Positions 10,701-20,236 of a DNA stretch of 64,000 nucleotides are shown one piece after another. The stretch spans positions 836 through 64,835 of the IMG/VR virus record IMGVR_UViG_3300023178_000046; one strand, given 5' to 3'. Positions within the stretch are counted from its first letter, which is position 1. Every line of letters starts with the position of its first letter. The notes beneath the pieces are model-generated. The model did not search any database and was not told where the DNA came from. It was given only the letters and a program-made list of their open reading frames with translations. Made by a program: the position numbers and the translations under genes. The DNA comes from a virus (Duplodnaviria > Caudoviricetes).

Positions 10701-10833
10701 GATATGAGATTACTTCTTCAAATGCTAATCTACTTAAAGAGGACTGTTCTAATTGGGAGTCAAACTTTTCACTAGTAATGTAAGCACTAAAGAAGGTGTC
10801 ATAAATATATACTGCCTTGTCAGATAAAGCCAT
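7726..10833 (-). CDS. Large virion appendage protein: beta-propeller-like region plus three repeated beta domains joined by poly-Thr linkers
   Basis: BNR-like WSDDLKTW and TSLNGYTW; three copies of GxYxxxNVP...I(S/Y)xxGD...F(Y/W)xGxxxxxV...F...S; TTTTTT runs. Confidence 0.6.
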   Translation of the reverse strand: MALSDKAVYIYDTFFSAYITSEKFDSQLEQSSLSRLAFEEVISYPNLLEKMQSHDRYDEIIGIGTTAYNLILSNITREENSKLESNAFIYITAEGRTQAEFDAFLNTVSGHIGFGIIIDNAKTAFDIAESSTAVDLILGNDEALDALLNAPNGLKAFTENPNSAAAIFSNAEVFKKLRQYLKFNQTEVFDDPTQDDQSIKYVGGRYFLAIRTGVNSGRSSSFLWSDDLKTWNTASHPTQEFYMDHRWDTIAYDSANGVWFFCGWDPILSKGSILWNTGDFSGAFTNVTGSFGNSNTLSMANLNDTTILATYRNPSNQWDLGKILITPGSTNYELVNVPSYGVNTGYYYMVAGENNVFVSDWGDNGALINQDIVRVGDVNIQQGSTSYYSMLYATYQNGRFWVTQYYSQSGDNRNLIMTFPDEVGYDLSQGGYNYDRYWFQYGTTASQRVLYANGIYIIPIPGGYATSLNGYTWDESLFDVTYSFQLSIIDNRGIVGTVPGTRFVLSSYDLGADVSQVTTTTTTQAPALPTGEEGLTRLECLIEGKGVNKVHFNKWRILFNEKTEFDNTYYVLENGIYTIENVPETDPLAVLNLGKYPEISYTGDPTKKKLKNVVGSNNDGVYDFYYGDITIKVEGNFGRVSLWSYGNGDLGMENIFIHQDFLDGVRADNDTIKVDSDIIDASSFTGFTCDGNSQTMGSDIVRVTTSTTTTTVAPIYDVIQEPTTTTTTAAPDYGDENYTTAISLTNESFDIFEQGGQLGIQGGSLATPSTFSSLAAQGERIVLPEGTYIFNVPDTLSIAIEGATNSGNFGPQHSNISYSGDFYKRSIKTINDIPYYFYSGAITVIVDQPFVTVSLYEFSLGYAGAQNCFSWDRSTTTTTTAAPTTTTTTLANTYYTKCLLNEVEVTVNGNGELEFDAVPYNEFLLQGLNTGQYLLKNVPQTHAFTVLNDGFYQKIYVRGDANKNITHLGPDGNQYQMFWGDVKLYVSADFGIASYYTHAGYGGGQNRLIFEEECGDQSYVIPTTTTTTTQIPFII

Positions 10834-10840
10834 GTTTTAA

Positions 10841-11302
10841 TTATGCATTAGTCGTTGTGGTTGTTGTAGATGGATCCGCCATAATTTTTTCGTATGCTTC
10901 GGTATATCCTATAATTTCATCTACTTTTTCTTGCGTCAATAATCCATTATCAACTAAGCAAGTATCCTCTAACATGTCAATTGATCCTAAACTTAGTTTG
11001 TCATATACTAATTGAAGAGACGCATCAGAAGCTTTGTTTGTATAAAAATCAGTAAGCTCTGTGCTGGTTAGAACCTGTTGCAATCCAGATAAATTTATTT
11101 TTGATTGAATCCTCAAAGAGAATCTATCAACAACTTCCTCCCTTGTTATATCCCTAACAGTTCCGTCATCTTCCATGATTTGTCCCACAGAGCCAGCAAA
11201 ATCGTCTTCCACCAAAAGACCCACTCCTTTGTTATCGTAATCTGAAGGAAGATCAGCTTCTATGCTTTTTATCAACTTAGCGTCTAATATGATGTTTTTC
11301 AT
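10841..11302 (-). CDS. Hypothetical tail-associated protein (possible fibre chaperone)
   Basis: Acidic 153-aa ORF between fibre genes; ends in STTTTTTNA. Confidence 0.5.
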   Translation of the reverse strand: MKNIILDAKLIKSIEADLPSDYDNKGVGLLVEDDFAGSVGQIMEDDGTVRDITREEVVDRFSLRIQSKINLSGLQQVLTSTELTDFYTNKASDASLQLVYDKLSLGSIDMLEDTCLVDNGLLTQEKVDEIIGYTEAYEKIMADPSTTTTTTNA

Positions 11303-11314
11303 TTTTTATTTTTT

Positions 11315-13228
11315 TTATAAAGTTCTGGTGTCTATATCGTTCTCGTTCATAAAGCCAATCTCTGGACTGTATTCCTTGTATATGTTGTTCCATTGAGCAA
11401 AACCAGAAGGATAAGTTTCTCCCCACATATGTGAATAACCTGTGGTATTTGACTGATAAAGGTTTAAGAAAGTTCCGTCAGCATGCTGTGCAAACAAATA
11501 GTCCATATCTGCCATATTATTATAGCTATATCCAGTATAAGCCTGTATGCCAAAGTAAAATTTGTTTCTTTGAACTGGTATAACTTTATATCCATAACTA
11601 GTGTCGTCGTAGTCAAAGAAAAGAACCTTTCCATCCGAAACTCTTATGAATGTAGATCTTATCCCAGCTCCGTAATAATAATAGCTATTAAAGGCAACAA
11701 CATATTTTCCGTCATTAGAAACGCAGCTTCTAACCCCATATGATGAACCTTGTTCATATCCATAGTTTGTCGTCTGACCACTGTGATTAAAGTGGGTGTC
11801 ATAAATCAAATCATCTCCTGCTCCATTAGGTGTCCATCTATGAGTAAAAGCAGTCCCACCAGTAGCTGGGGTGTGTATGTGCTCAACAACATTTCCATTA
11901 TCGCAAAGAACAGATATTCCTCTGTAGTTAGCTTCATTTGTGCTATTAGATGGTCTTCCTGTAGAATTGTCTACAGTACCGTCTATTTCCAATGTAAGCT
12001 TTAGATTACCTAATACATCATAGTTATATCCTATCTGCTGCTCCCCTTTAGCTATGTCTACTAAATTAAAATCACTAGCAAAACCATACACTTTAGGCGT
12101 GTGATTATATGAACCATCTGAAGTCATAACCAAAAGCTTGTTGGTGTTTTTATTGTAACAAACCATTCCGTATCCAGTACCTACACCAGTGATTTGAAAT
12201 GTTTCATGACTATTTTTCCATCTTTGTGGTTCATCCCAATAGTTTTCAGGAAACCCATAGCTTGTACTGTTAGCATTTCCCTCTCTCATCCAGGCTCTAT
12301 TGTGCCAACTATCAATAGTCGATGTAGCTATTCCTTTCGAACCACCAATCTTAAAAATATCATTAGTTCTTGAGATGTGGTACCTTTTATCTGCATCACC
12401 AACAACAACACCAACATCTCTCATCCAACTATTATTCCACTGATTATCTAAACCTAGCTGTCTCATGTCTGTGTCGTTAAAGTGACCATAATGTGGTCCA
12501 AACGTACCGCCATTAGAGGTATAATAATTAGCTTCACCATTAGAACCAGTAGTTGGATATGTGTGAGTATAAAGATGTGTATAATATCCAGCAGTAATTT
12601 CTCTATAATTAAATGTGCTATTACTAGCAGTTTTTCTACCCCCAGAAGTTCCGTCAAGCTTCCAATCACCGAAGTAAATAGTTTGTCTCCACCTTTGTCC
12701 ACTTAACTTATCACAAACCCACTCACCTCGGTGGTTCATCCAGTATATACTGGTTTCATTTGCCGATGAGTCATGGTCAGTTAGCATTACATACGCTGGT
12801 CTGTCGTATGGGTGAATATAATTCGAATCGTTATAAACCCCCTCTCTAATCTGTGTTAAGGATGGCAATCCAGATATAGTTGTTTCAAGATTTACAGAAC
12901 TAGAGTTAAGAGTGTCCTTTGCGTTGTTGATAGCAGCAACTGCATTATCAGCAGAAGTATCAATATCCGATGCAGTTGTATTAAAAATACTTGTTATAGC
13001 ATCAATAGCTGCTTGTGAATCTTCTTGAAACTGTGCGTTCGAAGAATCTATTGCATCAACTGCGGATTGTGACAGTCCTATTACGACTGCCTGAAAATCG
13101 TTTCCCTGTTGAAGTTGTTGCAACCCTTTTGTATACAGAACTACCTGCTCTGCTGTTGCGGTTCCGTCTTGAATCTTCTGAGCTATATCATCAACTAGAC
13201 TCTGACTTAAAGTTATAGAATTTGCCAT
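11315..13228 (-). CDS. Tail fibre/spike-like protein
   Basis: N-terminal helical/coiled-coil segment followed by G/Y/N/S-rich beta region. Confidence 0.6.
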   Translation of the reverse strand: MANSITLSQSLVDDIAQKIQDGTATAEQVVLYTKGLQQLQQGNDFQAVVIGLSQSAVDAIDSSNAQFQEDSQAAIDAITSIFNTTASDIDTSADNAVAAINNAKDTLNSSSVNLETTISGLPSLTQIREGVYNDSNYIHPYDRPAYVMLTDHDSSANETSIYWMNHRGEWVCDKLSGQRWRQTIYFGDWKLDGTSGGRKTASNSTFNYREITAGYYTHLYTHTYPTTGSNGEANYYTSNGGTFGPHYGHFNDTDMRQLGLDNQWNNSWMRDVGVVVGDADKRYHISRTNDIFKIGGSKGIATSTIDSWHNRAWMREGNANSTSYGFPENYWDEPQRWKNSHETFQITGVGTGYGMVCYNKNTNKLLVMTSDGSYNHTPKVYGFASDFNLVDIAKGEQQIGYNYDVLGNLKLTLEIDGTVDNSTGRPSNSTNEANYRGISVLCDNGNVVEHIHTPATGGTAFTHRWTPNGAGDDLIYDTHFNHSGQTTNYGYEQGSSYGVRSCVSNDGKYVVAFNSYYYYGAGIRSTFIRVSDGKVLFFDYDDTSYGYKVIPVQRNKFYFGIQAYTGYSYNNMADMDYLFAQHADGTFLNLYQSNTTGYSHMWGETYPSGFAQWNNIYKEYSPEIGFMNENDIDTRTL

Positions 13229-13242
13229 CTTTTATTTTTTTA

Positions 13243-13250
13243 CAAATTTA
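13243..13250 (-). promoter_or_regulatory. Bacteroidota -7 promoter box TAAATTTG
   Basis: Matches TAnnTTTG ~15 nt upstream of ATG 13228. Confidence 0.65.
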
Positions 13251-13262
13251 CTAAATATATTT

Positions 13263-15887
13263 TTACAAATTTTGTGCGTAGTACATGTCTGACAAGCCAA
13301 CCAAGTGGTAAACCGCCTCCATATTATCTCCTCCAGCACCTGCTCCATTAGTCCAAACTTGATTTACAGAATCATAAACAAGAGCCTGTCCTTCTTCTGG
13401 AGATGTAACTGAAACATCTGCTAAATCATTCAATCCAGCATTCACATCAACACCACCAGAGAATGTAGCCGATAAATTTCTAAACAAACCTGCCTGATAA
13501 ATAAATGCATCAGCCTCTACTGTCAGGTCGGTTGTTTCTTTTTTCACCAAAAGTGTAGCTACATGTATAGCTTGTTGAGAGGTGTTGTCGGCTTCTTTAA
13601 ATTCTTCCAAAAAGATACTTCTTTCTCCAACATCTTTGTTATCATAGTATCCTCTACCATAATAAACAACCAAAATATCTGGTGTAGATGGGAAATAATA
13701 TATCCTTTGAATAGAATATTTGTTATTAGGCATATTAGCCAAAGTTCCTGATCCATTATCAAACTTAGTTGGATCAATAGTAGTATATCCCTGTCCAGTA
13801 GGACCATCGTCTTTTATAAAGCCTCCAGATCCATCCTGATAATATCTATGGATAACACACTGAGTCTTTGCTCCATCTATGATGTCAGAAGGAGCATTCG
13901 GATTTGACGCATAGTTTCTTCCTAGAGCAAAAGCTGTACCAGCAGATCTATCCAAAGAAAGGTTTATACCGTTTGGTGATATAATATGACCTTCTCTTTT
14001 TAGAGGTCCAAACAATCTGATAAACTGATTGAATTGAGTTGTATTACCATAAGCTACAGCAGGGAATGTTCTAGCAAATCTTGCAGCACCTGCTGAGTGT
14101 ATAACAGAACCTATGGTTATATAATTTCTATACTGAGCATCTGTAAATGGATCAGCTTGCTGTAAAATATTACCACTTCCGTCTATATAGATCCACGCAT
14201 TTAATTGTGCATCATCATTAGAATCTAGATTTGTTATAGTTATAGTTTGTGTATTCCAGCTAACATAATCTACATCAGGATAAGGCTCTGTAGTAGAAGT
14301 TTTTCTCAAGTTTACAATAATACCTGTACCTGCTTGAATGGTAAACTGTGTTGTGTTTGCTACTGAAAGCTCACCGCCTTTTAGAATACCTGTACTTAGC
14401 TCCTCTGTAATAGTAGAGAGGCTCAAGTCATGACCATGGTATCTGAAGTGCATTTCTTCATGACCCCCTGATTGTCTTATGTATATACCATTATCTAAGT
14501 CGGCTGGAGGTGTAGACTGAGAGTTATTAATTCTAATTAGATTCTGCGCCTCTAAATCATCTCCTATGACATCTCCTGTTGCAGTAATGTTTCCTGTAGC
14601 GTCAACGTTATTTCCTACAGTAAGATCATTTGTTACTGTCACGTCATCTGGAAGCCCTACGGTAAAAGAAAGATTGCCTGAGAGTGCTTGTGGTGTAGCT
14701 GGAGAAACAGAAACCTCATCATTAGTTCCTTGAATCTGAACTGTTTGTGTCTTTTCAACTAATTCATCTTCAATTCTTGTTCTCTCTGCATCCGTAATAA
14801 TGTATCCTGACCCTTGATCAAAAACATCATTTGTTTCTGTAACACTATGCAAAGACAAGTCCGTAACATCTGTTGGCTTGTTTTTAATGTAAGAGTCCTC
14901 TGTAGTAATCCCAGTGTTCCAATCAGACTGAACGTTTACCTCAGCTTCTGCTTCTATACCATCCAGTTTAGTTTTTAGAATAGTAGTAAAATCTTCTTCT
15001 GATAATTGTTTTCCTGTTATCTTGTCAACCTTGCTGTCTAAAGCAGATTGCAATCCAGCAATATTAGAAATAGCTAAACTTTCTAGCGTATCCCTATTTG
15101 CTTCAATAAAATCAACTACCTCCTGTAAAGAATCTAAATCAACATTGTCGCTTAACAATAATGTATTAATATCATCTATCAGTCCTTTTAATACAAGCCC
15201 TTGATTTGCAGATAAAGGAACATCGTTGTTATTGCTAACTAAATCATCTATTACATCTGAATGTCTCAGACCATTTACATGTATCTCATTATAATTTGAT
15301 CTTTCCGTATTTGTGATAATCTGTCCAGATCCTGCGCTAGTAACGTCTCCAAATTCAGTTACTGAGTCGTCACTAAAATCTTTGTCGATTATGGACTGAT
15401 AATTACTTACAAAGTACCTTTCTTGCGAATGAATAGATCCGTTGCCTTCAATAAAGTTTACAAGAAGCTTTTTGTAATTAGAGTTGTAATCCTGTATCTC
15501 GTTAACCTGGAAAATACCAAAATTATTTAGATTTCCCTGTTGGTTTATTTTTATATAGTGCTCATTAAATGCCTGAATATAATTAGCAACATTGTCACCT
15601 GAAGCTTGCTTTACGCTTAAAAATATTTGTGTTACTGCAGAAAAAGCAGTTACAGCATTTCCTGTTTCTGTTATGGCAATAATACCTGTTGGATCTAATT
15701 CTGCATCTAAGGTTTTATATTCGTATATAACACCGTCAAATTGATCAATAAGAGAGTTGTCGTTCAAAAGATCGACAATGCTCTCTACAGAAAAGTTCTT
15801 TGTTGAGTTAGTAGCTGAATCAGTCCCAATCCACTTATCCGATAAACTTGGGGTTGAATCTAAGCCATATGTGGATATCCTTGCCAT
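13263..15887 (-). CDS. Tail fibre protein
   Basis: Fibre motifs PLSANQGLVLK, LDSLQEVVDFI, KVDKITGKQLSEEDFT, KLDGIEAEAEVNVQSDW, LNDLADVSVTSPEEGQALVYDS..WTN. Confidence 0.75.
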   Translation of the reverse strand: MARISTYGLDSTPSLSDKWIGTDSATNSTKNFSVESIVDLLNDNSLIDQFDGVIYEYKTLDAELDPTGIIAITETGNAVTAFSAVTQIFLSVKQASGDNVANYIQAFNEHYIKINQQGNLNNFGIFQVNEIQDYNSNYKKLLVNFIEGNGSIHSQERYFVSNYQSIIDKDFSDDSVTEFGDVTSAGSGQIITNTERSNYNEIHVNGLRHSDVIDDLVSNNNDVPLSANQGLVLKGLIDDINTLLLSDNVDLDSLQEVVDFIEANRDTLESLAISNIAGLQSALDSKVDKITGKQLSEEDFTTILKTKLDGIEAEAEVNVQSDWNTGITTEDSYIKNKPTDVTDLSLHSVTETNDVFDQGSGYIITDAERTRIEDELVEKTQTVQIQGTNDEVSVSPATPQALSGNLSFTVGLPDDVTVTNDLTVGNNVDATGNITATGDVIGDDLEAQNLIRINNSQSTPPADLDNGIYIRQSGGHEEMHFRYHGHDLSLSTITEELSTGILKGGELSVANTTQFTIQAGTGIIVNLRKTSTTEPYPDVDYVSWNTQTITITNLDSNDDAQLNAWIYIDGSGNILQQADPFTDAQYRNYITIGSVIHSAGAARFARTFPAVAYGNTTQFNQFIRLFGPLKREGHIISPNGINLSLDRSAGTAFALGRNYASNPNAPSDIIDGAKTQCVIHRYYQDGSGGFIKDDGPTGQGYTTIDPTKFDNGSGTLANMPNNKYSIQRIYYFPSTPDILVVYYGRGYYDNKDVGERSIFLEEFKEADNTSQQAIHVATLLVKKETTDLTVEADAFIYQAGLFRNLSATFSGGVDVNAGLNDLADVSVTSPEEGQALVYDSVNQVWTNGAGAGGDNMEAVYHLVGLSDMYYAQNL

Positions 15888-15901
15888 CTATTCTTTTTAT
15901 G

Positions 15902-15909
15902 CAAATTTA
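15902..15909 (-). promoter_or_regulatory. Bacteroidota -7 promoter box TAAATTTG
   Basis: ~15 nt upstream of ATG 15887. Confidence 0.65.
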
Positions 15910-15928
15910 CGAAATAAGAAAACACATC

Positions 15929-16063
15929 TTATCTCCCTTGAGAGCGGTACGCCTTCTTGTAGAGCTTTGACGACTTGATTTTAGAGGTTTTTGTTTTTGC
16001 GTGTACACCAGGTCTTTTAACCTTTGTTTTCTTGTAATGTACAGTTAAAATCCCCTTAGCCAT
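15929..16063 (-). CDS. Small basic protein (44 aa)
   Basis: Hand-translated MAKGILTVHYKKTKVKRPGVHAKTKTSKIKSSKLYKKAYRSQGR*; start overlaps the holin stop. Confidence 0.65.
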   Translation of the reverse strand: MAKGILTVHYKKTKVKRPGVHAKTKTSKIKSSKLYKKAYRSQGR

Positions 16064-16538
16064 TTTTATCGTCTTTCTTTACAGCAGAGCCGAAGTAATA
16101 GCCAAATATACTAAGGGCAACACCCTCAACGATACCTATCATATGGATAAATATCTCTTTGTTTTCTACAGGCACCTCTGTTGTAACAACGGTATAGACT
16201 AAAAATCCGAACGCAGCTAATCCAACAATACCTGTTAAGGTCATCATCCAATCTCTGCCTCCTGAAGCTACGATAGCAGCCTCTCTCTTTCTAGCTGAAT
16301 CTCTGTCTGCTACCTCTAGTCTGTAAAGTTCAACAAGCTGATCGTGTGCAGCAGCTTTTTCTTCTTCAGACATATCAGGGTCTGTATCAATAAGGTTTTT
16401 AATAACACCTAGCACCCCAGAATCTGGCAGCACTTTTGACGCTCCTTTAACGACTCCTGGAAGTACACTAAGCAATATCTTGCCTAATCCAGTCTCTTTA
16501 AAGGGTTTTTTAGCATTATGTTGCTTCTCTGTACTCAT
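16056..16538 (-). CDS. Putative holin
   Basis: EVADRDSARKRE motif, two hydrophobic helices, GYYFGS C-terminus; adjacent to endolysin. Confidence 0.65.
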   Translation of the reverse strand: MSTEKQHNAKKPFKETGLGKILLSVLPGVVKGASKVLPDSGVLGVIKNLIDTDPDMSEEEKAAAHDQLVELYRLEVADRDSARKREAAIVASGGRDWMMTLTGIVGLAAFGFLVYTVVTTEVPVENKEIFIHMIGIVEGVALSIFGYYFGSAVKKDDKNG

Positions 16539-16993
16539 ATGTAAATATATTTAGTTTTACCATTAACTTTTTCTGCTTTCATTACACGACCTCTATTTTG
16601 ATCCTCCGAAACATAACTGACGTGAACCCATGCTGGGTTTTCACTATCACCAAACTCCCAGATGAGCTGGTCAAAACTTAAGTTATCTTTAATGTAATTG
16701 AACATTTCAGCATTTGTCTTGTGTCCAAAAGTGTCATCCAGGTCAATCGCTCTACCCTCGCAATGCTGTGACCGACTACTTCCTCCAATAGCCTTATTTA
16801 GCTTAGGCGATCTATAAAAACTGTTTATTTTTACTGGTCCCCCAACCCACTCTCTAAGGGGCTCGAATATTTTTTCTGCAACTATTTCCATATTCTGTTG
16901 CTCATAAGCTCCTGGCGTGTTATCAATTCCTCTTCTAAGCGCTGTATTAGATTTTACAGCTTCCTTGTAACTGATGTGATCTGATATTTTCAT
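16535..16993 (-). CDS. Endolysin, peptidase M15 family (D-Ala-D-Ala carboxypeptidase-like)
   Basis: INSFYRSPKLNKAIGGS..SQHCEGRAID...FDQLIWEF...WVHVSY Zn-binding signature. Confidence 0.88.
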   Translation of the reverse strand: MKISDHISYKEAVKSNTALRRGIDNTPGAYEQQNMEIVAEKIFEPLREWVGGPVKINSFYRSPKLNKAIGGSSRSQHCEGRAIDLDDTFGHKTNAEMFNYIKDNLSFDQLIWEFGDSENPAWVHVSYVSEDQNRGRVMKAEKVNGKTKYIYI

Positions 16994-16994
16994 T

Positions 16995-19591
16995 TTATGT
17001 TATTTGATTTACAATATTTCCATTTGAATCTCTAATTTCAGTAATCCACGAATTATTATTATCAGCAGGTGTATCTACTATATTAGATATAAGTACGGCA
17101 TAATCTGGGGAAGTAGAGAATATGTCTGTAACATAAGGATACCAACCTGGACTCTGATAGGTTCTATAGGGCACTGTGGAGCTAGTAAATATTTTATCGT
17201 ATGTTTCTGGATATCCATTCTGTCCGTCATGAGCGTAGTATATGTTTCCAGTAAACGAATAGGTCAGTGACTGGTCTAATGCATCTTGATAATTTGTATA
17301 AGGGGTTAGTATAGTCCCAGTATCACTTGTAGGATATAGCAAGGCTCCGTAATCCCCAAGGTACTGTTGTCCAGAAGGAGTTGAAATATCAACTAAAACA
17401 TTTGTTGTTACATTTGTGTTACTCCAAAGACCTAGTATCTCAGACGTTGTTCCGTCAATCTTAATCCAAACAAAGTCATCTTGTGTTGGGTCTATATTTT
17501 CATTATAAGCAACACTACCATCATACTTCATAGCTATATAAACGTAGTCGTGACTTTTTGGGAAATCAGACCAAACAGAAGTGAATAATCCTACGTTTGA
17601 TCCGTTTTGACCGTAAATAAAATCACCAACATCTGGACTTGACACTGAGTTTCCTTGTGAGTCCCTAAAAATCAATAAATATCCTATCCCAAACGCTGAA
17701 TTTGTACTAACCTGAGAGTAGCAATACTCCATAAGTCTTTTAACTTCATTTGGAGTTTCGTGCATACTGTTATATCTCAAGTCGTTACTAAGATTTGATG
17801 TATAAACTCCTTTTGGATATCCTATTAAATTATTTGGATCTGATATTGATATAGATTGGTTTAATGTTGACGAATCGTTTACTTTGTCTAAAATGTCACT
17901 TACATATAAATATCCATTTGCATCTGGGGATATCTCTAAATAAGTAGAAGGTAATTTTAACCTATAATCTATTAATCCATCATTGTCTTCATCAATACTA
18001 TTAGGATCCCTTATGTAAGAAATACTAGGACCAACAATCATGTAAAGAGGATAATCAGAAGCTGATCCGTAATAAATAGTGTCAACCTGGTCGTTTACGT
18101 TTACAGAGTTAAATCCTCCGCCTCTCCATCCGTCATAAATGTAATCACCAATCTGCGGTGTAGAACTGTCAAATTGATATTGAGCAAATCCATTACCTCC
18201 ATACAGTTCTCCTTCATAATCTTGGAATGTGGATATACTAGTCATCAGACCTGTGTTTTGTCCAGTAGGGGAATCAGCTTCAACTGCTCCAGTTAATATA
18301 GTATGTAGGGCATACAAAGTGGTTCCAGACCCTTGAGTGGGTCCTGAAGAAGTTGTAGGAGCAGGAGTAGGACTAACTGTAGGTGCTGGTGTAGGAGCAA
18401 CTGTAGGTGCTGTTGTAGGTGCTGTTGTAGGCGCTGGTGTAGGAGCAACTGTAGGTGCTGTTGTAGGAGCTGGTGTAGATGATGTAATTATTTCAGTTAT
18501 TTTTACATATCCATTAGCTTGTTCCAGTTTATATATTGGGTAAGCAGCATAAGGGTTTCCAATTAAAGAAATACTATTTGCAACAATCTTCATATATACT
18601 GGCGATGAAAAAGCTGCGTAAGGAGGAAATTCATATGTTGAAATTAAATGTGTGTCATCACTATTTATAAAAGTGCCATCCTCATCCGCAATAAAAGTAC
18701 CTACTGCTAATGAACTTGTGTCAATTTTCATTTCACGACTTCCTGCGTTAGAAGGCTCCAATCCGTTTGGTTCAGTTAAATCACTTAATGTGTATGTAAA
18801 TCCAGGATAATTTGTTCCTCCATAACTCAAATTAATTGAAAAAGAATCGGTTGGGTTTCTTGTATTCAAATAACTCATATAGTGCCACGTATCGGTTGTC
18901 ACAGAATCAGGTGTATCACAATTATAAGTATTTAAAACTTCTCCAGTTGTGTATGATACTTTAACCATATACCCAAAAGAAGAGTCATTATCAGTTTGAG
19001 ACACACCATACCAGTAATTACCTCCATAGAAAGGATTACCAGTTGAAGCATAATAGAGAACAGTTCCTATAGGTGGAGGAAACTCGGTTCCTGTGTAATA
19101 TAAGTCTGTATTGTGGTTTGCAGTAAGGTTACAGGCTTCTGTGTAATTAAAGTCAGTAAAATGAGGATAAAGACCCTCTTGATCTGCACCATCTGCATAA
19201 ATATAAATAGTCCCTGTTGTAGGGGCTGGCGTAGGAGCTACCGTAGGAGCTACCGTAGGTGCTGGTGTAGGAGCAACTGTAGGAGCAACTGTAGGAGCAA
19301 CTGTAGGAGCAACTGTAGGAGCAACTGTAGGTGCTACTGTAGGTGCTGTTGTAGGTGCTGGAGTAGGAGCTACTGTAGGAGCCACTGTAGGAGCAGGTGT
19401 AGGAGCAGGTGTAGGCACCGTGGCTAAAGGTAGATCAATATCTTGAAAAACGTAGCTTCTTATAGAAGATAATGGATAGTTTTTAGTTGACTCTTTGAGA
19501 TTTGAGTCCACACCAATGATGTTTTCATTTCCATCTAATTGGGTGTCTTTATCGTATTCTTCTTGTTTTTTTTGTGGTACGTCATTAGTCA
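16995..19591 (-). CDS. Virion appendage protein with Pro/Thr (PTVAP/PTPAP) linkers
   Basis: Two long (APTV/APTP)n tracts separating Y/G/S-rich domains; probable ATG at 19591 (MTNDVP). Confidence 0.65.
19267..19326. repeat. Five perfect 12-bp tandem repeats (gtaggagcaact) encoding VAPT
   Basis: Read directly; embedded in a degenerate tract at ~19221-19420. Confidence 0.9.
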
Positions 19592-19594
19592 TAA

Positions 19595-19789
19595 CTACTC
19601 CCAATAAAGACCCCCAGCTCCATCGCTTTTGAGGACTTGGCCTGGCTGTCCTCCAGGAGGTATGATATAATTTTTTAAATCAGCAAGAGTTATGAGCTTT
19701 GATTTACTAGAATCATTAGCATCTGTACAGAGAAGTTTATCATCATCATTCAACTGTATATCAATATCATATCTTTTTATTCTTGCCAT
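19595..19789 (-). CDS. Small tail-associated protein
   Basis: MARI... N-terminus resembling 13263-15887; ends in GQVLKSDGAGGLYW fibre motif. Confidence 0.6.
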   Translation of the reverse strand: MARIKRYDIDIQLNDDDKLLCTDANDSSKSKLITLADLKNYIIPPGGQPGQVLKSDGAGGLYWE

Positions 19790-20082
19790 TATCTTTTCTT
19801 ATTATCGATATCTCTTCTTAAGTACTCTATGTCCTTCATAAATGCCCTCATTTCTGCTTCAAGCTGCTTTACCTCTTCTTCGGTCTTTCTTTGATTAGGC
19901 CAGGTATATTTTTGTTCGTTTTCCTTTAATTTTTTAGCTTGCAACTCTACAGCGTCAACCCTAGCATTTAATGTGTAATAAGAACCGATTATAGATACGA
20001 ATAAGGTTAGTACCGTAATTATTTGCATTGGAGACACACTGAAATCAGCTTTACCGTCACCATTAATATCAATTTTGCTCAT
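19789..20082 (-). CDS. Membrane-anchored coiled-coil protein
   Basis: MSKIDINGDGKADF, one TM helix, coiled-coil tail. Confidence 0.6.
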   Translation of the reverse strand: MSKIDINGDGKADFSVSPMQIITVLTLFVSIIGSYYTLNARVDAVELQAKKLKENEQKYTWPNQRKTEEEVKQLEAEMRAFMKDIEYLRRDIDNKKR

Positions 20083-20236
20083 TTTTTCTCTTTCCCTTAA
20101 ATTTTTCAATTATCTGTATAAGAGTGTATATTAAGGTTGCAGTCAAAACAAGCGTTGATAATATTGGGTTTAGTTCCGCCAAAAAACTACCGCCTAGTGC
20201 GGTTAAGCTAATTCCGTATATCTTCAAATCTTCCAT
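20069..20236 (-). CDS. Small membrane protein (55 aa, holin-like)
   Basis: Hand-translated MEDLKIYGISLTALGGSFLAELNPILSTLVLTATLIYTLIQIIEKFKGKRKNEQN*. Confidence 0.6.
   Translation of the reverse strand: MEDLKIYGISLTALGGSFLAELNPILSTLVLTATLIYTLIQIIEKFKGKRKNEQN

Noticed and set aside
19221-19420. Tandem repeats as a CRISPR array
   Set aside because: Contiguous 12-bp in-frame coding units with no unique spacers and no cas genes.
19113-19427. + strand ORFs with CRSN or GAGVGA repeats (also 18337-18543, 57350-57913)
   Set aside because: Antisense shadows of the Pro/Thr repeat tracts.
19585-19604. Stop-codon readthrough or alternative genetic code joining 19595-19789 to 16995-19591
   Set aside because: The genes are in different frames with a separate ATG, and long ORFs elsewhere are intact under the standard code.
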